Notes: generated from the letters alone by a model not told the origin. A stretch of 64,000 nucleotides of DNA from Candidatus Methanomethylicia archaeon (GCA_038845975.1 JAWBQF010000010.1:1-64000); one strand, 5' to 3'; positions 21,716 to 32,219 are shown, counted from the first letter of the stretch. A program made the numbers and translations.

Positions 21716-22003
21716 GCATTACCTATAATAATATTCAATAATGGGAATACATTATTTAATCAGATGGTTTACTATGTAGAGTATTAAAGATTTCAAACTT
21801 AGTATAGATTCACATAAAGCATTAAGATAAGCATTTCTCAGAAATATGCTATACCCTATAGAAGTTTTACTTCTTCTATTACTTTAAGTTTTAGAATTTC
21901 CATCAGCAGTAAAACAATGGTTTCTTTTAACCTCAGATAAGTTCTCTAGAGGAATGCCTAAAGGGATGTTAATGTAGAGCTAGCTAAATAAATACTTAAA
22001 AAT

Positions 22004-22133
22004 GGCTCTGTGGCTTAATACTTGTTTCCCATATTTTTATCCATTAAATACTACGATTATAGAATCCATATTAAAATTTCTCGTATTTTATGTAAATTTA
22101 GATCTACGAATTTCAGAATTAAGCTACAAAACG
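22004..22133. mobile_element. 130-bp MITE with IS6-type TIR
   Basis: GGCTCTGTGGCTTAAT ... ATTAAGCTACAAAACG; flanks TTAAAAAT / TTAAAATT (7/8). Confidence 0.6.
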
Positions 22134-22287
22134 TTAAAATTTTCAAATATGCTTATAGTTATATAGATTTAGGAAGAAATATTTGGCTGCTAGTTTAATA
22201 TTTCAGATTAGCTTATACAATCTAACTATTAAAATCTTTAATTAGTAAAAGTATATTTAGAGTAATTCCTAGTATTATAAGGTTAAA

Positions 22288-22701
22288 ATGCCGAGAAGGC
22301 CGAAAACGAGGAAACGTAAATCTGGATATATGTACTTTATAGCTGATGGTATAAGTTCAAGAATGAACATAGAGGAAATTGTAAAGGTAGTGTTTTCAAA
22401 GGGCGAATCATACAGGAGAGCGGCATACATAATACTTGAGGAGGTTAAAAGATTAGCGGCAATGAGTGGAAGAACTACACCAACATATAACATTACATCT
22501 GATGAAATGTCAGAATTTATTAAAAGAAAGTTTGGAAGAAGACGTAGAAGCTTAGCCTATAAAGTCTTATTCGAATTTCTTATACCTTTAGGAATGATGA
22601 AGTATAGTCCAGATGAAAAAAGATACTTTTTAAGTAGAGAGTTTGCATTAGCACTTAAAAGAATAGGGGATTCATATCTTCGATGGCTGGAAACAGCTTA
22701 A
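22288..22701 (+). CDS. Basic hypothetical protein, possible winged-helix nucleic-acid binder
   Basis: 137-aa Arg/Lys-rich ORF; LIPLGMMKY..RYFLS resembles a wHTH wing. Confidence 0.6.
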   Translation: MPRRPKTRKRKSGYMYFIADGISSRMNIEEIVKVVFSKGESYRRAAYIILEEVKRLAAMSGRTTPTYNITSDEMSEFIKRKFGRRRRSLAYKVLFEFLIPLGMMKYSPDEKRYFLSREFALALKRIGDSYLRWLETA

Positions 22702-22889
22702 ACACTAATTAATGTTTTAAATGAATATTATCAGTTTACTCCATTATATAAATGTATATTTCAGTTAAGCATTTTAAAAGCTGTTAAATAACTACGTTAA
22801 AAAACATTGACCAAAAAATCAAATTTTTCATTTAAAACTTTCAAACAAGAAATTAAGATATACAGAATACATATATTAGGGATTCTGCG

Positions 22890-23108
22890 ATGCGAGGGCA
22901 TTTAGCCTCAAGAAAGAGTAAAAGTATAAAATTTAAATGTAGTAAGTGTGGAAGAAAACTTACAAGAAACGACTTAATTAAATTCAGCTCAAATTTAAAA
23001 CCATTATACTCACTTAATAATGGTGGGGAATATAAACCATTATGTGTTACATGTTATCATGAACTCATAGGCTTATATGTAACTCGACAATTAAAAACAG
23101 CTAAATGA
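22890..23108 (+). CDS. Small zinc-finger protein
   Basis: KCSKCGR ... PLCVTCY paired CxxC motifs. Confidence 0.65.
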   Translation: MRGHLASRKSKSIKFKCSKCGRKLTRNDLIKFSSNLKPLYSLNNGGEYKPLCVTCYHELIGLYVTRQLKTAK

Positions 23109-23229
23109 AACTTATTACTTAAATTATTCTATTCTTTTATTTAACCTTAAAACTCTAAGTTAATATATGGTTTAAAAGGGAAAATAAGTAGTAGATATGA
23201 TAGCTGTAAATCGTAATGTAAAGATAAGT

Positions 23230-23281
23230 TCAGAAAACGGCTTTAAATCATCTTATAGTCTACTCACCTCCTTTTCATCAT
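23230..23281 (-). ncRNA. Candidate C/D box sRNA with guide complementary to the 16S rRNA 3' tail
   Basis: Minus strand reads ATGATGA AAAGGAGGTGAG TAGA CTAT AAGATGA TTTAAAGCCGTTTT CTGA; perfect C and D boxes; 52 nt; TATA-like TTTTAAG about 25 nt upstream. Confidence 0.6.
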
Positions 23282-23363
23282 CCCATATAGAAATTAGGGA
23301 AAACTTAAAAGCTTTATGTGATTATCATGGTTTAAAACCTTAAATAATACTGGTGGAAAGCTG

Positions 23364-25250
23364 TTGAACATTGATGTATTGATCATAACTGAAAAACCAT
23401 CAGTTGCAAGAGTATTTGCTGAAATACTCTCTAAGAGTAAATATCGAATTATGTATAGTCATAACATTGAATACTATGTTTTTAATTTAAATAGTGAAGT
23501 ATGGGCTTCAATAGGTCTTAAAGGACATATTTTAAACTACGATTTTCCAAGTAAGTTTAATAAATGGACAGAAGTAAATCCACGTGATCTATTCTTCATA
23601 GACCCACTGCACGTCATCGAGAAAGGATGCTATAGATATGTTGAAGTCCTAAAAGATATTGGTAGAAACATACGTTACGCTCTACTAGCTCTTGATGCTG
23701 ATTCTGAAGGGGAAAGTATAGCGTTTGAAGTTCTTGAAATATTGAAGCAAATCAATAAGTACTTTGAAGCTAAAAGATTATGGTTTTCAGCAGTTACAGA
23801 AAGGGATATTTTGCATGCATTAAACAATCCTCAAGAGCCTAATAGACTTCTAGCTGAGAAATGCTTTACAAGAATGATTATTGACTTAACAATAGGATCA
23901 GCATTTACAAGACTTCTTACATTAAGCGTTAGAAAAACACTTCGTAACGCTCTTCCTAAAGGACATTTTCTAAGCTTTGGACCATGTCAAACGCCTACAT
24001 TATGGTTTGTAGTTCAAAGGGAAATTCAAAGAGAGAAATTTAAAGCTAGAAAGTTCTATAGGATTACATGTACGCTTAAAGCTAATGGATTAGTATTTGA
24101 AGCTGAACATTATAAAGGAAAAATAGATAGTAAAGAGGAAGCTGAGAAAATATATAGTAAAATTAAGAATGCATTGAAAGCCTATACTAGAAGCTTTAAA
24201 TCAAACATAAAAACTAAGAATCCTCCAACACCATTAAACACCATAGAGTTTGAAAGTAGAGTAAGTAAATTTCTAAACATTAGATCTAAAACAGCCCTAG
24301 ACATAGCAGAGAAACTCTACCAGTATGGATATATTAGCTATCCTAGAACAGAAACCGAAATATATGGACCAACAATAAACTTAAAAGAAATCGTTCAAAT
24401 GCTTTCAAAAAATATAAACTACAGTAAGTATGCTGAAAACCTAATTCTTAAAGGATTTAAGCCTACGAGAGGGGGGAGAGATGATAAAGCCCATCCGCCA
24501 ATACATCCAACAAGAATAGCTTATGAACAAGTTATTACTGAAGAATTTTCAAGAAATGCTTGGAGAATATATGACTTCATAGCTAGACATTTCCTAGCAA
24601 CACTAAGCAAACCAGCTTTAATTGAATCTCAACGTTTAGAGCTGGAAATTGAAGAGGAGAAATTTATAGCTGAAGGATTAAAAATTATTGAGGAAAACTA
24701 TCTCGAAATATACTTCTACGAGAAAATCAGTGAGAAAAAAATACCAAAACTAAACACTGGAGAGGAAGTTGAAGTATTGAAAATAGAATTGAAAGAAGGA
24801 GAAACATCACCACCACCATATCTCTCAGAGGCAGAACTGATAAAGCTAATGGAAGCTAAAGGAATTGGAACTGATGCAACAATTCAAGACCACATATATA
24901 CAAACATTAAGAGAGGATACTTCTACATTGAAAATAAACGATGTATACCAACACCTTTAGGCATACAGTTAATAAAGGCATTAGACAGCATAATACCTGA
25001 AGCCATTAGACCGGAAGTAAGAGCCTTTATTGAAACACAGATATTACAAGTTGCAAAGGGAATTAAGACAAGAAGCGAAGTAGTGGAGTTTGCTAGAAAA
25101 ACATTTCTAAACTACTATGATAGACTTGAAAAGAACATAAGTGAAATATCGAAAGCTCTAGCTCCACTAGTAAGGAAAAGCATACTTCTTACAAATATTA
25201 AGAGGAAAACTAGAAAATTTAAACGGGCCCGAGGGGATTTGAACCCCTGA
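23364..25250 (+). CDS. topA: Type IA DNA topoisomerase (archaeal topo I/III)
   Basis: ITEKPSVA, GLKGHI, DADSEGE, SFGPCQTPTL, GYISYPRTET, AHPPIHPT, GIGTDAT. Confidence 0.95.
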   Translation: MNIDVLIITEKPSVARVFAEILSKSKYRIMYSHNIEYYVFNLNSEVWASIGLKGHILNYDFPSKFNKWTEVNPRDLFFIDPLHVIEKGCYRYVEVLKDIGRNIRYALLALDADSEGESIAFEVLEILKQINKYFEAKRLWFSAVTERDILHALNNPQEPNRLLAEKCFTRMIIDLTIGSAFTRLLTLSVRKTLRNALPKGHFLSFGPCQTPTLWFVVQREIQREKFKARKFYRITCTLKANGLVFEAEHYKGKIDSKEEAEKIYSKIKNALKAYTRSFKSNIKTKNPPTPLNTIEFESRVSKFLNIRSKTALDIAEKLYQYGYISYPRTETEIYGPTINLKEIVQMLSKNINYSKYAENLILKGFKPTRGGRDDKAHPPIHPTRIAYEQVITEEFSRNAWRIYDFIARHFLATLSKPALIESQRLELEIEEEKFIAEGLKIIEENYLEIYFYEKISEKKIPKLNTGEEVEVLKIELKEGETSPPPYLSEAELIKLMEAKGIGTDATIQDHIYTNIKRGYFYIENKRCIPTPLGIQLIKALDSIIPEAIRPEVRAFIETQILQVAKGIKTRSEVVEFARKTFLNYYDRLEKNISEISKALAPLVRKSILLTNIKRKTRKFKRARGDLNP

Positions 25251-25319
25251 CCACCGGCTTTCTTCCTCATCCGCTAGCCAACCTGAGGCCGGCGCGCTTC
25301 CATACTACGCTACGGGCCC
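25224..25319 (-). tRNA. tRNA-Arg, most likely CCG, with two 11-nt introns (25274-25284 at 34/35; 25260-25270 at 37/38)
   Basis: GGGCCCG acceptor stem, A20, G73, short variable arm. The 29-nt anticodon-loop region gives an Arg anticodon only if two segments are removed. The first intron has helix GGCC/GGCU with 3-nt bulges. Confidence 0.75.
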
Positions 25320-25407
25320 AATATATTATCGCTTAAATACTTAAAAGCATTTAGAAAAGTTAATACATTTAGAGTTAAATTTATTAGTTCTTATATTGTG
25401 ATGACTT

Positions 25408-26199
25408 ATGGAAAATATTGTTAACAGCTTAATACAGCTTGGCTTAAGTAGAGGAGAGGCTGAAACCTACCTACTAATCATTAAAGAATATAGAGTTTCT
25501 ACTGATTTCTTAAAACTGAAGTTAGGGGTTAGGAGTCAGGACGTTGAGGAAATTCTAAAATTACTAACAGTAAAGGGATTTATTAAGCCAGTATCTGAAC
25601 TATCTAATACCTATGAGGCTACAGAACCTGAAACTGCTATATCAAGACTAGTATTAAATCGTATTAAAGATCTTGAAGATAAAATCAGTCAGATTAGAAA
25701 TCTCGGATTGAAAATTAAGGATGATATCCTTAAAACGTATAAGGAGGCTAAATACGGTATTAGAGCTGAACAACTTATACAACCTCTAGCCAGTCTTAGT
25801 GAAATGGAGATTCACACATTTAAAATTATTTCTGAAGCTGAAAGAAATATTGATATTTTTACTTTAACTTTTGGATGGTATGATAAAGTTCGTGAAGCAT
25901 TAATCTCATGTCTTGAGAGAAGAGTTACCATTAGAGTTTTAATGAAAATAGCTGATGAAACTTCAAGAAGAATAGCTCTAGAACTTAAAGAATTAGGAGC
26001 TAGCGTTAAAATACTAGCTGAAGAATGGCATCCATTAAGAGGAACAATAGCTGACAATAAGAGAATGGTATTTTTAATATGGGCTTCTAAAGGTGAGAAA
26101 CCTATATACTATTTACCACACTACTCAACTAATGAGGGAATTCTTGAAATATTTAAAGAATTCTTTAATAAAAAGTGGAATGAAGCAAAGCCATTATAG
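25408..26199 (+). CDS. TrmB-family transcriptional regulator
   Basis: LGLSRGEAETY wHTH, coiled linker, PLD-like C-terminal domain (VTIRVL, IADNK). Confidence 0.85.
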   Translation: MENIVNSLIQLGLSRGEAETYLLIIKEYRVSTDFLKLKLGVRSQDVEEILKLLTVKGFIKPVSELSNTYEATEPETAISRLVLNRIKDLEDKISQIRNLGLKIKDDILKTYKEAKYGIRAEQLIQPLASLSEMEIHTFKIISEAERNIDIFTLTFGWYDKVREALISCLERRVTIRVLMKIADETSRRIALELKELGASVKILAEEWHPLRGTIADNKRMVFLIWASKGEKPIYYLPHYSTNEGILEIFKEFFNKKWNEAKPL

Positions 26200-26871
26200 A
26201 TTAAATATAAACGAAGTAATGTTGAGTATAATTAAATTACAAAGCAGACCTCCATAAACCACTATGACTTTAATAAAGAGTCCTTAGCATATTTCCAGCA
26301 CTTAATATATCCTAGACCAGATCAGTGAATATACTTATAATGTGTAGTATGAATGTGATTCCACTGTTTCTTAAACTGGTCTACTTCACATATAATTTTT
26401 AAGGCTACTTTATTACTCAGTTTATCATCTCTTGCAACATTTACTATTCAAGCTATTGCTTTATGTGTAAGTCCCAGACATGAAATAAATGCTTTAACCT
26501 CCTCCTTCAAACGCTCTACATATATCTAATAGTTTCATCATTGTCCTTAACTAATACACTTATGAGCACTACAAAGATGCTTAAATAACATATCTATGCC
26601 TTATTGGATCAGTATGTAGAACATGAACTATAAAAGCAGCTTTAAACTTTCTATATAACTTACCGTCATGTTAACTTTAAAAGTTTAAGCGAGGGTTTTC
26701 TTACCATATACTAGTAAGATTAGCAATTATAGATTCTTAATAGGATAAGACTGCACATTAATAATTAAAACATGTAGAAAATGGAAATTCAAAGATATAA
26801 TAAAATTAAGATTCTAACAATAGAGATGATAAAAATGATATAAAACTTCTAAAGTTAACAAACATTCTAAC

Positions 26872-27122
26872 CGACGTGATAACTTAAGAAGTATACTCTG
26901 TTACTAATATTTCATATGGTATTAGAGGTTTGTAGAGGTCTGGATTCTTTGATGGAAATAAGATTCCATTGAGGTTAAGTACAGGTATAGCTTTATATTT
27001 AGATGTTTGAGAGAATTTCTAGAATTTATTTACGTATAGTCTACGATCAACAACTAAATCTTACTTGTTTCCATCAAACTACATTCAAATAATGTAAATT
27101 ATTAAAGCTTACAGTGGCTGTG
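26872..27122. mobile_element. Old diverged copy of the ~230-bp family-A MITE (ends approximate)
   Basis: Starts CGACGTGATAACTTAAG; patchy similarity to the reverse complement of 45404-45635, including TAAAGCTTA near the far end. Confidence 0.4.
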
Positions 27123-27318
27123 GCATAATTTTCACCTCTAATATTTTGAATAACTCTATTCCCCTTATGATCTCATGTTTTCCTATTTTTAAAGCTCTTG
27201 GCCATGAAGGACGTGAAGACTAGAAGAACATATGCGGCTATATTTGCCAAGCCTTTCACATACAGCCTTCCTATAGCATAAATGTTATAAAAATCAATAA
27301 ATACCTAAATAGTGGTAT

Positions 27319-28443
27319 TTAAGTAATATTGTAATAGCTTCTAAGTCTTTTAAGAGAATACATTCTTTCACTATTATTTATCTCAGCTTTTTCAATGATT
27401 TCTACTAAAAACTTTATAGCTTCATCCATTGCTTCTCTATTTACTGGAAATGGAACACCATCCTTACCTCCAAAAGCAAATGAGTACTTTACAGGATCCC
27501 TCCAGCTTGGAGGAGTACCGTAAATAACTTCTGAAATTAGAGCAAGCCCACGTATTGTAGCCGGTCCAATACCTTTAATGGTTAAAAGCTCCTCAAAATT
27601 CTTAGGCTGAGTTTCATATGCATTTCTTAAAGCATCCCAATTAATACTACGAGGCATATATAGCACATCTATAGTATAGCTTGTACTTGAATTGGAAAAC
27701 CACTTATCTAGGCTCTCTTGGCATATTGGTCTTATAGATTTTAATGCATTTAAAATCTTATGTGGACCATCTTTAACTATATCTACGCATATTTTTCTAC
27801 AATCTTCACTATTACTTGAAGTCATATCTAAAACTCTTCTTCTCACAACATTACCAACTATGGCTGTATGGGGTTCATTAACATAGTCTTTAAGAGCCGT
27901 AGATAACCAATGATATCTACGAGCTGTTTTATCATGAATATTCATGCCTTGCTGTATAACGGCCCAATCTCCATCTTCAGAAACTATGAAGACATGATGA
28001 TAAAGAGGATATCCTGCTTGAATGGCAGCATTATCAATCTTAGCTGTAATTCTACTAGCATATTTTAAGCTTTCAATTTTAGATGTTGATAAATTAAACA
28101 AGGCACCTGTGATCTCAATATCATTTAGAGTTTGAATTGAACGTTTACCTTTACCACCACAAACAGCAAGACCATGTCTCTCATGTTTTAAAGCGGTTCT
28201 TAAAACACCAGAAACCACTGTTGTAACCCCTGAGGAATGCCAATCATATCCTAATATACAGCCAAAGCTTTGAAACCAGAATGGATTTGAAACTCTTCTT
28301 AAAAACTCATGTACTCCATATTCATCTATAATGATTTTAACAATAACATCTGCAAGTTTAATCATTCTTCTAACAAGCCAACTTGGTGCCTTCCCGCCGT
28401 GGAGGGGAAGGTAGGCTACTCCAGACCTTTCCAAAGTTATCAT
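27319..28443 (-). CDS. DUF763 family protein
   Basis: LPLHGGKAPSWL, DWHSSGVTT, GGKG, QQGMN, RRYHW, FAFGGKDGVPFPV. Confidence 0.9.
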   Translation of the reverse strand: MITLERSGVAYLPLHGGKAPSWLVRRMIKLADVIVKIIIDEYGVHEFLRRVSNPFWFQSFGCILGYDWHSSGVTTVVSGVLRTALKHERHGLAVCGGKGKRSIQTLNDIEITGALFNLSTSKIESLKYASRITAKIDNAAIQAGYPLYHHVFIVSEDGDWAVIQQGMNIHDKTARRYHWLSTALKDYVNEPHTAIVGNVVRRRVLDMTSSNSEDCRKICVDIVKDGPHKILNALKSIRPICQESLDKWFSNSSTSYTIDVLYMPRSINWDALRNAYETQPKNFEELLTIKGIGPATIRGLALISEVIYGTPPSWRDPVKYSFAFGGKDGVPFPVNREAMDEAIKFLVEIIEKAEINNSERMYSLKRLRSYYNIT

Positions 28444-29075
28444 TAACTAGTTTAAACTAGGAAATTTAAACTTATCTCATGGCAAAAATTGAATAATACA
28501 TAATTTAAGATGAAACCATAAGTTATGCATATACTAATGGAACTATAGGAATACACTCTTACTCAAATGTTTTGTTTATGTGATTCCTCATATTCTTCTG
28601 AATGATGGCTATTCCGCTGTCTTCTAAGCTTACTAGTGTTAATGATGTTAGTGTTCTTACTATGAGTCATACAATGTTATTAGGTTGACATAGAGATATT
28701 ATCATAGATGTTGCCGTAAATCTGTATTAAAACTTAATGTAAGACTAAACAATATTTACATATTCAAAATTTTTCTAAGAATAACCTAACCTATTCAAAC
28801 TCCAAAAGAAACAAGAAAAGTATAGGAACTGATAGCAATAATAAGCTAACCACTAACAAATACCTAAGTAAATAGTTGGTAGCTAAGAGTTATTAGAAGA
28901 ATGATAGAGATAGAGCTTTTAAAGATCTGTCTTTATGACAAGAATGAGATAACACTATGGGAGCTTTACTTATATGTGATTTAGAGTAATACTAAATAGA
29001 TAGTGTAGCTTTATATAGCTTAAGATAATCAGTATTAAGAACATTGAGAACTACTAGATAATTAATGGTGAGCTT

Positions 29076-30527
29076 ATGGCTAGAAGTATTTTACTACATC
29101 ATACACTTACACCTGCTCTTGGAGTGGTTTTCATGATTGTATCATTTACACTTATTGTTCCAGGTATTCTAGGATTTGCTTTTACATTGAGTGGGAAACA
29201 TGATGAAGCAAATATTGCAACAGCATTTATACATATTGGACTCGTATCCTTTGCCTTAGGATTTTTTACTTTTAGAAAGTTTAGAATTGAGAGTGTAAGA
29301 TTAAGTTATGGGGAGGCTATTCAAATAGCGGTTATTTCATGGATTCTTATACCAATAGTTAATGGAGTAGCAATAAGTATTTCAGGGTTAATGAGTCCTA
29401 TAGATGCCTTATTTGAATCTATAAGTGGCTTTACAACAACAGGGCTAACAGTTTTAAAACCACCAATTGAGAGCCAACCATTAACTCTACTGTTTTGGAG
29501 AAGTGTTTCCCAATGGGTTGGAGGACTTGGAATAATCTACATATCAATTTTAGTAATTGCACCTCCAAGCTTATTAACAATGAGAATATTTACTGTAGAG
29601 GGACATTTAGAAAAAGTTGAAGCAAGCGCTGTTGAAACAGCTCATAAAATAATTAGAGTATATCTATTACTAACAGGTTTAAGTATTATCTTATTCTTAA
29701 TCGTAGGTATGAATCCCTTTGATGCATTAAATCATGCATTAACAGCAATAGCAACCGGTGGATTTAGTACAAGAACTGAAAGTATTGGATACTACAAGTC
29801 AATCCAAGTATATATTGCTGCAATCATATTAATTATACTGGGAGCTTTAAACTTTCCATCTTATACGAAACTTATGAAGGGAAAAATTAGGGATTTCATA
29901 AAGTATGAGGAAAATAAAACGTTTCTAGCTCTAGCATTTTCAATATCTATACTTCTAACCTCTATACTCGCCTCAAAAAGCAGTATTGAAAATCCTATTA
30001 TGTTCGGAATCTTCCATACAGTTTCAGCTATTGGTGGATGCGGATTTCAAATTGGAAACTTAAATATACTTAATGAGACTTCAAAAGCATTAATCATAAT
30101 TTCCATGATTCTTGGAGGATGTACAGATTCGACAGCTGGAGGTATTAAGACTTTAAGAACAATAATGATGTTTAAAGCTTTAAAATGGGAGCTTAAATTA
30201 GCATTATCACCAAAAGGAACTAGAATAATTAGAAAGATCGGAGATAGAGAAGTTACTGATGAAGTACTGATAAGAACAGCTTTATTTATGTTAATATATG
30301 TACTCTTAGTATTTATAGGTGGAGTAGCAATTAGTATTGAGGGATATTCATTAGTAGACTCAATGTTTGAAGCTGCTTCCGCCATAGGTAATGTAGGATT
30401 AACAATGAATATAACCTCGCATTTAGCCCCTACATGGATTAAACTAATTCTAATGATATACATGCTTCTAGGAAGATTAGAGATTCTACCATATCTACTG
30501 CTAATTTACAGATTCATTAAAAAATAA
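29076..30527 (+). CDS. trkH: TrkH potassium uptake permease
   Basis: FESISGFTTTG, QWVGGLGI, IATGGFS, STAGGIK, SAIGNVG, GRLEI. Confidence 0.93.
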   Translation: MARSILLHHTLTPALGVVFMIVSFTLIVPGILGFAFTLSGKHDEANIATAFIHIGLVSFALGFFTFRKFRIESVRLSYGEAIQIAVISWILIPIVNGVAISISGLMSPIDALFESISGFTTTGLTVLKPPIESQPLTLLFWRSVSQWVGGLGIIYISILVIAPPSLLTMRIFTVEGHLEKVEASAVETAHKIIRVYLLLTGLSIILFLIVGMNPFDALNHALTAIATGGFSTRTESIGYYKSIQVYIAAIILIILGALNFPSYTKLMKGKIRDFIKYEENKTFLALAFSISILLTSILASKSSIENPIMFGIFHTVSAIGGCGFQIGNLNILNETSKALIIISMILGGCTDSTAGGIKTLRTIMMFKALKWELKLALSPKGTRIIRKIGDREVTDEVLIRTALFMLIYVLLVFIGGVAISIEGYSLVDSMFEAASAIGNVGLTMNITSHLAPTWIKLILMIYMLLGRLEILPYLLLIYRFIKK

Positions 30528-31564
30528 TGTTTATAGTCTAATTTAAATTCATAATCTAGAGGCGGATAAATGTTGAAGTTCTACATTTTGTTAGTATTTA
30601 AAGCACTTGACTGATTATCAATTCTTTCTTAGCTTGTTTATATTTGTGATATATAGTGTTTTATGCGTTAATCTATTACTCTAGCATAGTTTCCTATGGT
30701 TTGATATGTAGGTTGTATATGTGTTAGCTACTCTAGGAGTATATGCTAATAATACCGGCTACTAGCGTCTATTGATGGTTTTAATCTTAACATATAACCT
30801 TATTAGAATTGCTTAACATTCTTATAAACTCTCTATCTTATACTTAATTGCTTAAATAGTACTCCTACATAGATATCATGAATTCATTAAGATTAATCTT
30901 TAGCCCTCTGCGAGCAGCTTAAATAACAGTATTAATCCAATATACTAGTTTAACTCGACTTGAACCATACATGACCTTAAGACATGCTTACTAATAACAT
31001 AAGAGCTTAAGCATACTAAGTATTCTTCACTTGAAAGCTAGCATAACCTAACTACGTAACATAAAATGGTTTATTATGTTTAAGCTACATTGATAGCTTA
31101 CAAGCTTTTATTCTTCTAATAAATTGTTTCGATACTTCAAGCTTAGGATTTACTATTTAGCAACGATAAGCTCTGTCAAGTATTTTGGAGCGATGAAATT
31201 AGAATCTTAAAATCAGTCGTCATTCATGAAGACTTTCCTACCAGATTTGAAATCCGCATGCTTAAGTTATCTCATAGACAAGGAAAATTTAGGAAGAAAA
31301 ATTAGTAAGTTCAACATGAAGATGAAGAACCTAACACAAATAAGTTAAAACAGAAAGGTTTAAACCCTGTTAACTAAGTACTACTTATTACATAAATATT
31401 GAAGACTTAACTGTGAGCTTGATCTTTAAGAATTTTAAACTTGAAATTCCACTAAATATAGAGTTAATGTAAAGTTTGATAGGGTATTTAAAATGCTTAG
31501 AATCATTATGGAATTCATATTTTAAATAGTAAAGTTTAATTAGGATTGGGATTATTGATTTTTA

Positions 31565-32212
31565 ATGAGGATCTTAATTGTTGGAGCTGGAGATGTTGGA
31601 AAAAGACTTACAAAGATATTGACCAAAGGCGGTAATGAAGTAGTAGTCATTGATAGGGATAAGAGAGCATGCGATATTGTTGCTGGTGAAACTGACGCCT
31701 TAGTGTTAAATAGGGAGGCTACCGATTTGAATGTATATGAGGAGATAGAGATAGATAAGTTCGATATTGTACTTGCATTAACAAACAGAGATGAAGTTAA
31801 TCTTTTTGTATGTATGGTTGCTAAGAACTATGGAGTACCGAGAATTATAAGTCTTGTAGAGGATGAAAAAATAGCTGAGTTTATGAGTGGGTTAGGTGTT
31901 GAAAAACCACTATGTAAACCTAAGCTAGTTGCAAACACATTAAGTAACATTATTGAAGGAAGAAGGGGAGTAGCGGAAATTTTTGAGGTGGAGAAGGGAA
32001 GCTTCAAAATAGTAGCAGTAGATATTGGTGAGCATATAGTAGGTAAAACATTAAGGGAACTTAATATACCTTTAAGAGCAAAAATAATATCAGTATTTAA
32101 TGGTGAGGAATTTATTGACCCGGATCCGGATTATACTTTAAAATATGGAGATATGGTTATAGCATTAGTCCATGTAGACGATATTAGAAGGCTAGAGGAC
32201 ACATTAAGGTGA
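31565..32212 (+). CDS. trkA: TrkA RCK-domain potassium uptake regulator
   Basis: IVGAGDVG Rossmann fold, DEVNL, TrkA-C domain. Confidence 0.9.
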   Translation: MRILIVGAGDVGKRLTKILTKGGNEVVVIDRDKRACDIVAGETDALVLNREATDLNVYEEIEIDKFDIVLALTNRDEVNLFVCMVAKNYGVPRIISLVEDEKIAEFMSGLGVEKPLCKPKLVANTLSNIIEGRRGVAEIFEVEKGSFKIVAVDIGEHIVGKTLRELNIPLRAKIISVFNGEEFIDPDPDYTLKYGDMVIALVHVDDIRRLEDTLR

Positions 32213-32219
32213 AGATAGA

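Noticed and set aside
25224-25319. Arg-body tRNA with CAG anticodon (CUG reassignment) via one 22-nt intron
   Set aside because: No workable BHB at 37/38; ArgRS needs C35; the two-intron parse gives a normal tRNA-Arg
27193-27260. Possible H/ACA hairpin (CTTGGC...GCCAAG...ACA)
   Set aside because: No convincing upper stem or K-turn, and ACA spacing is atypical
28560-28900. Strand-skewed spacer resembling another IS relic
   Set aside because: No TIR pair or transposase motif that I could read
31190-31250. Possible C/D sRNA (GCGATGA...ATGAAGA...TTGA)
   Set aside because: All boxes are degenerate and there is no clear D' box
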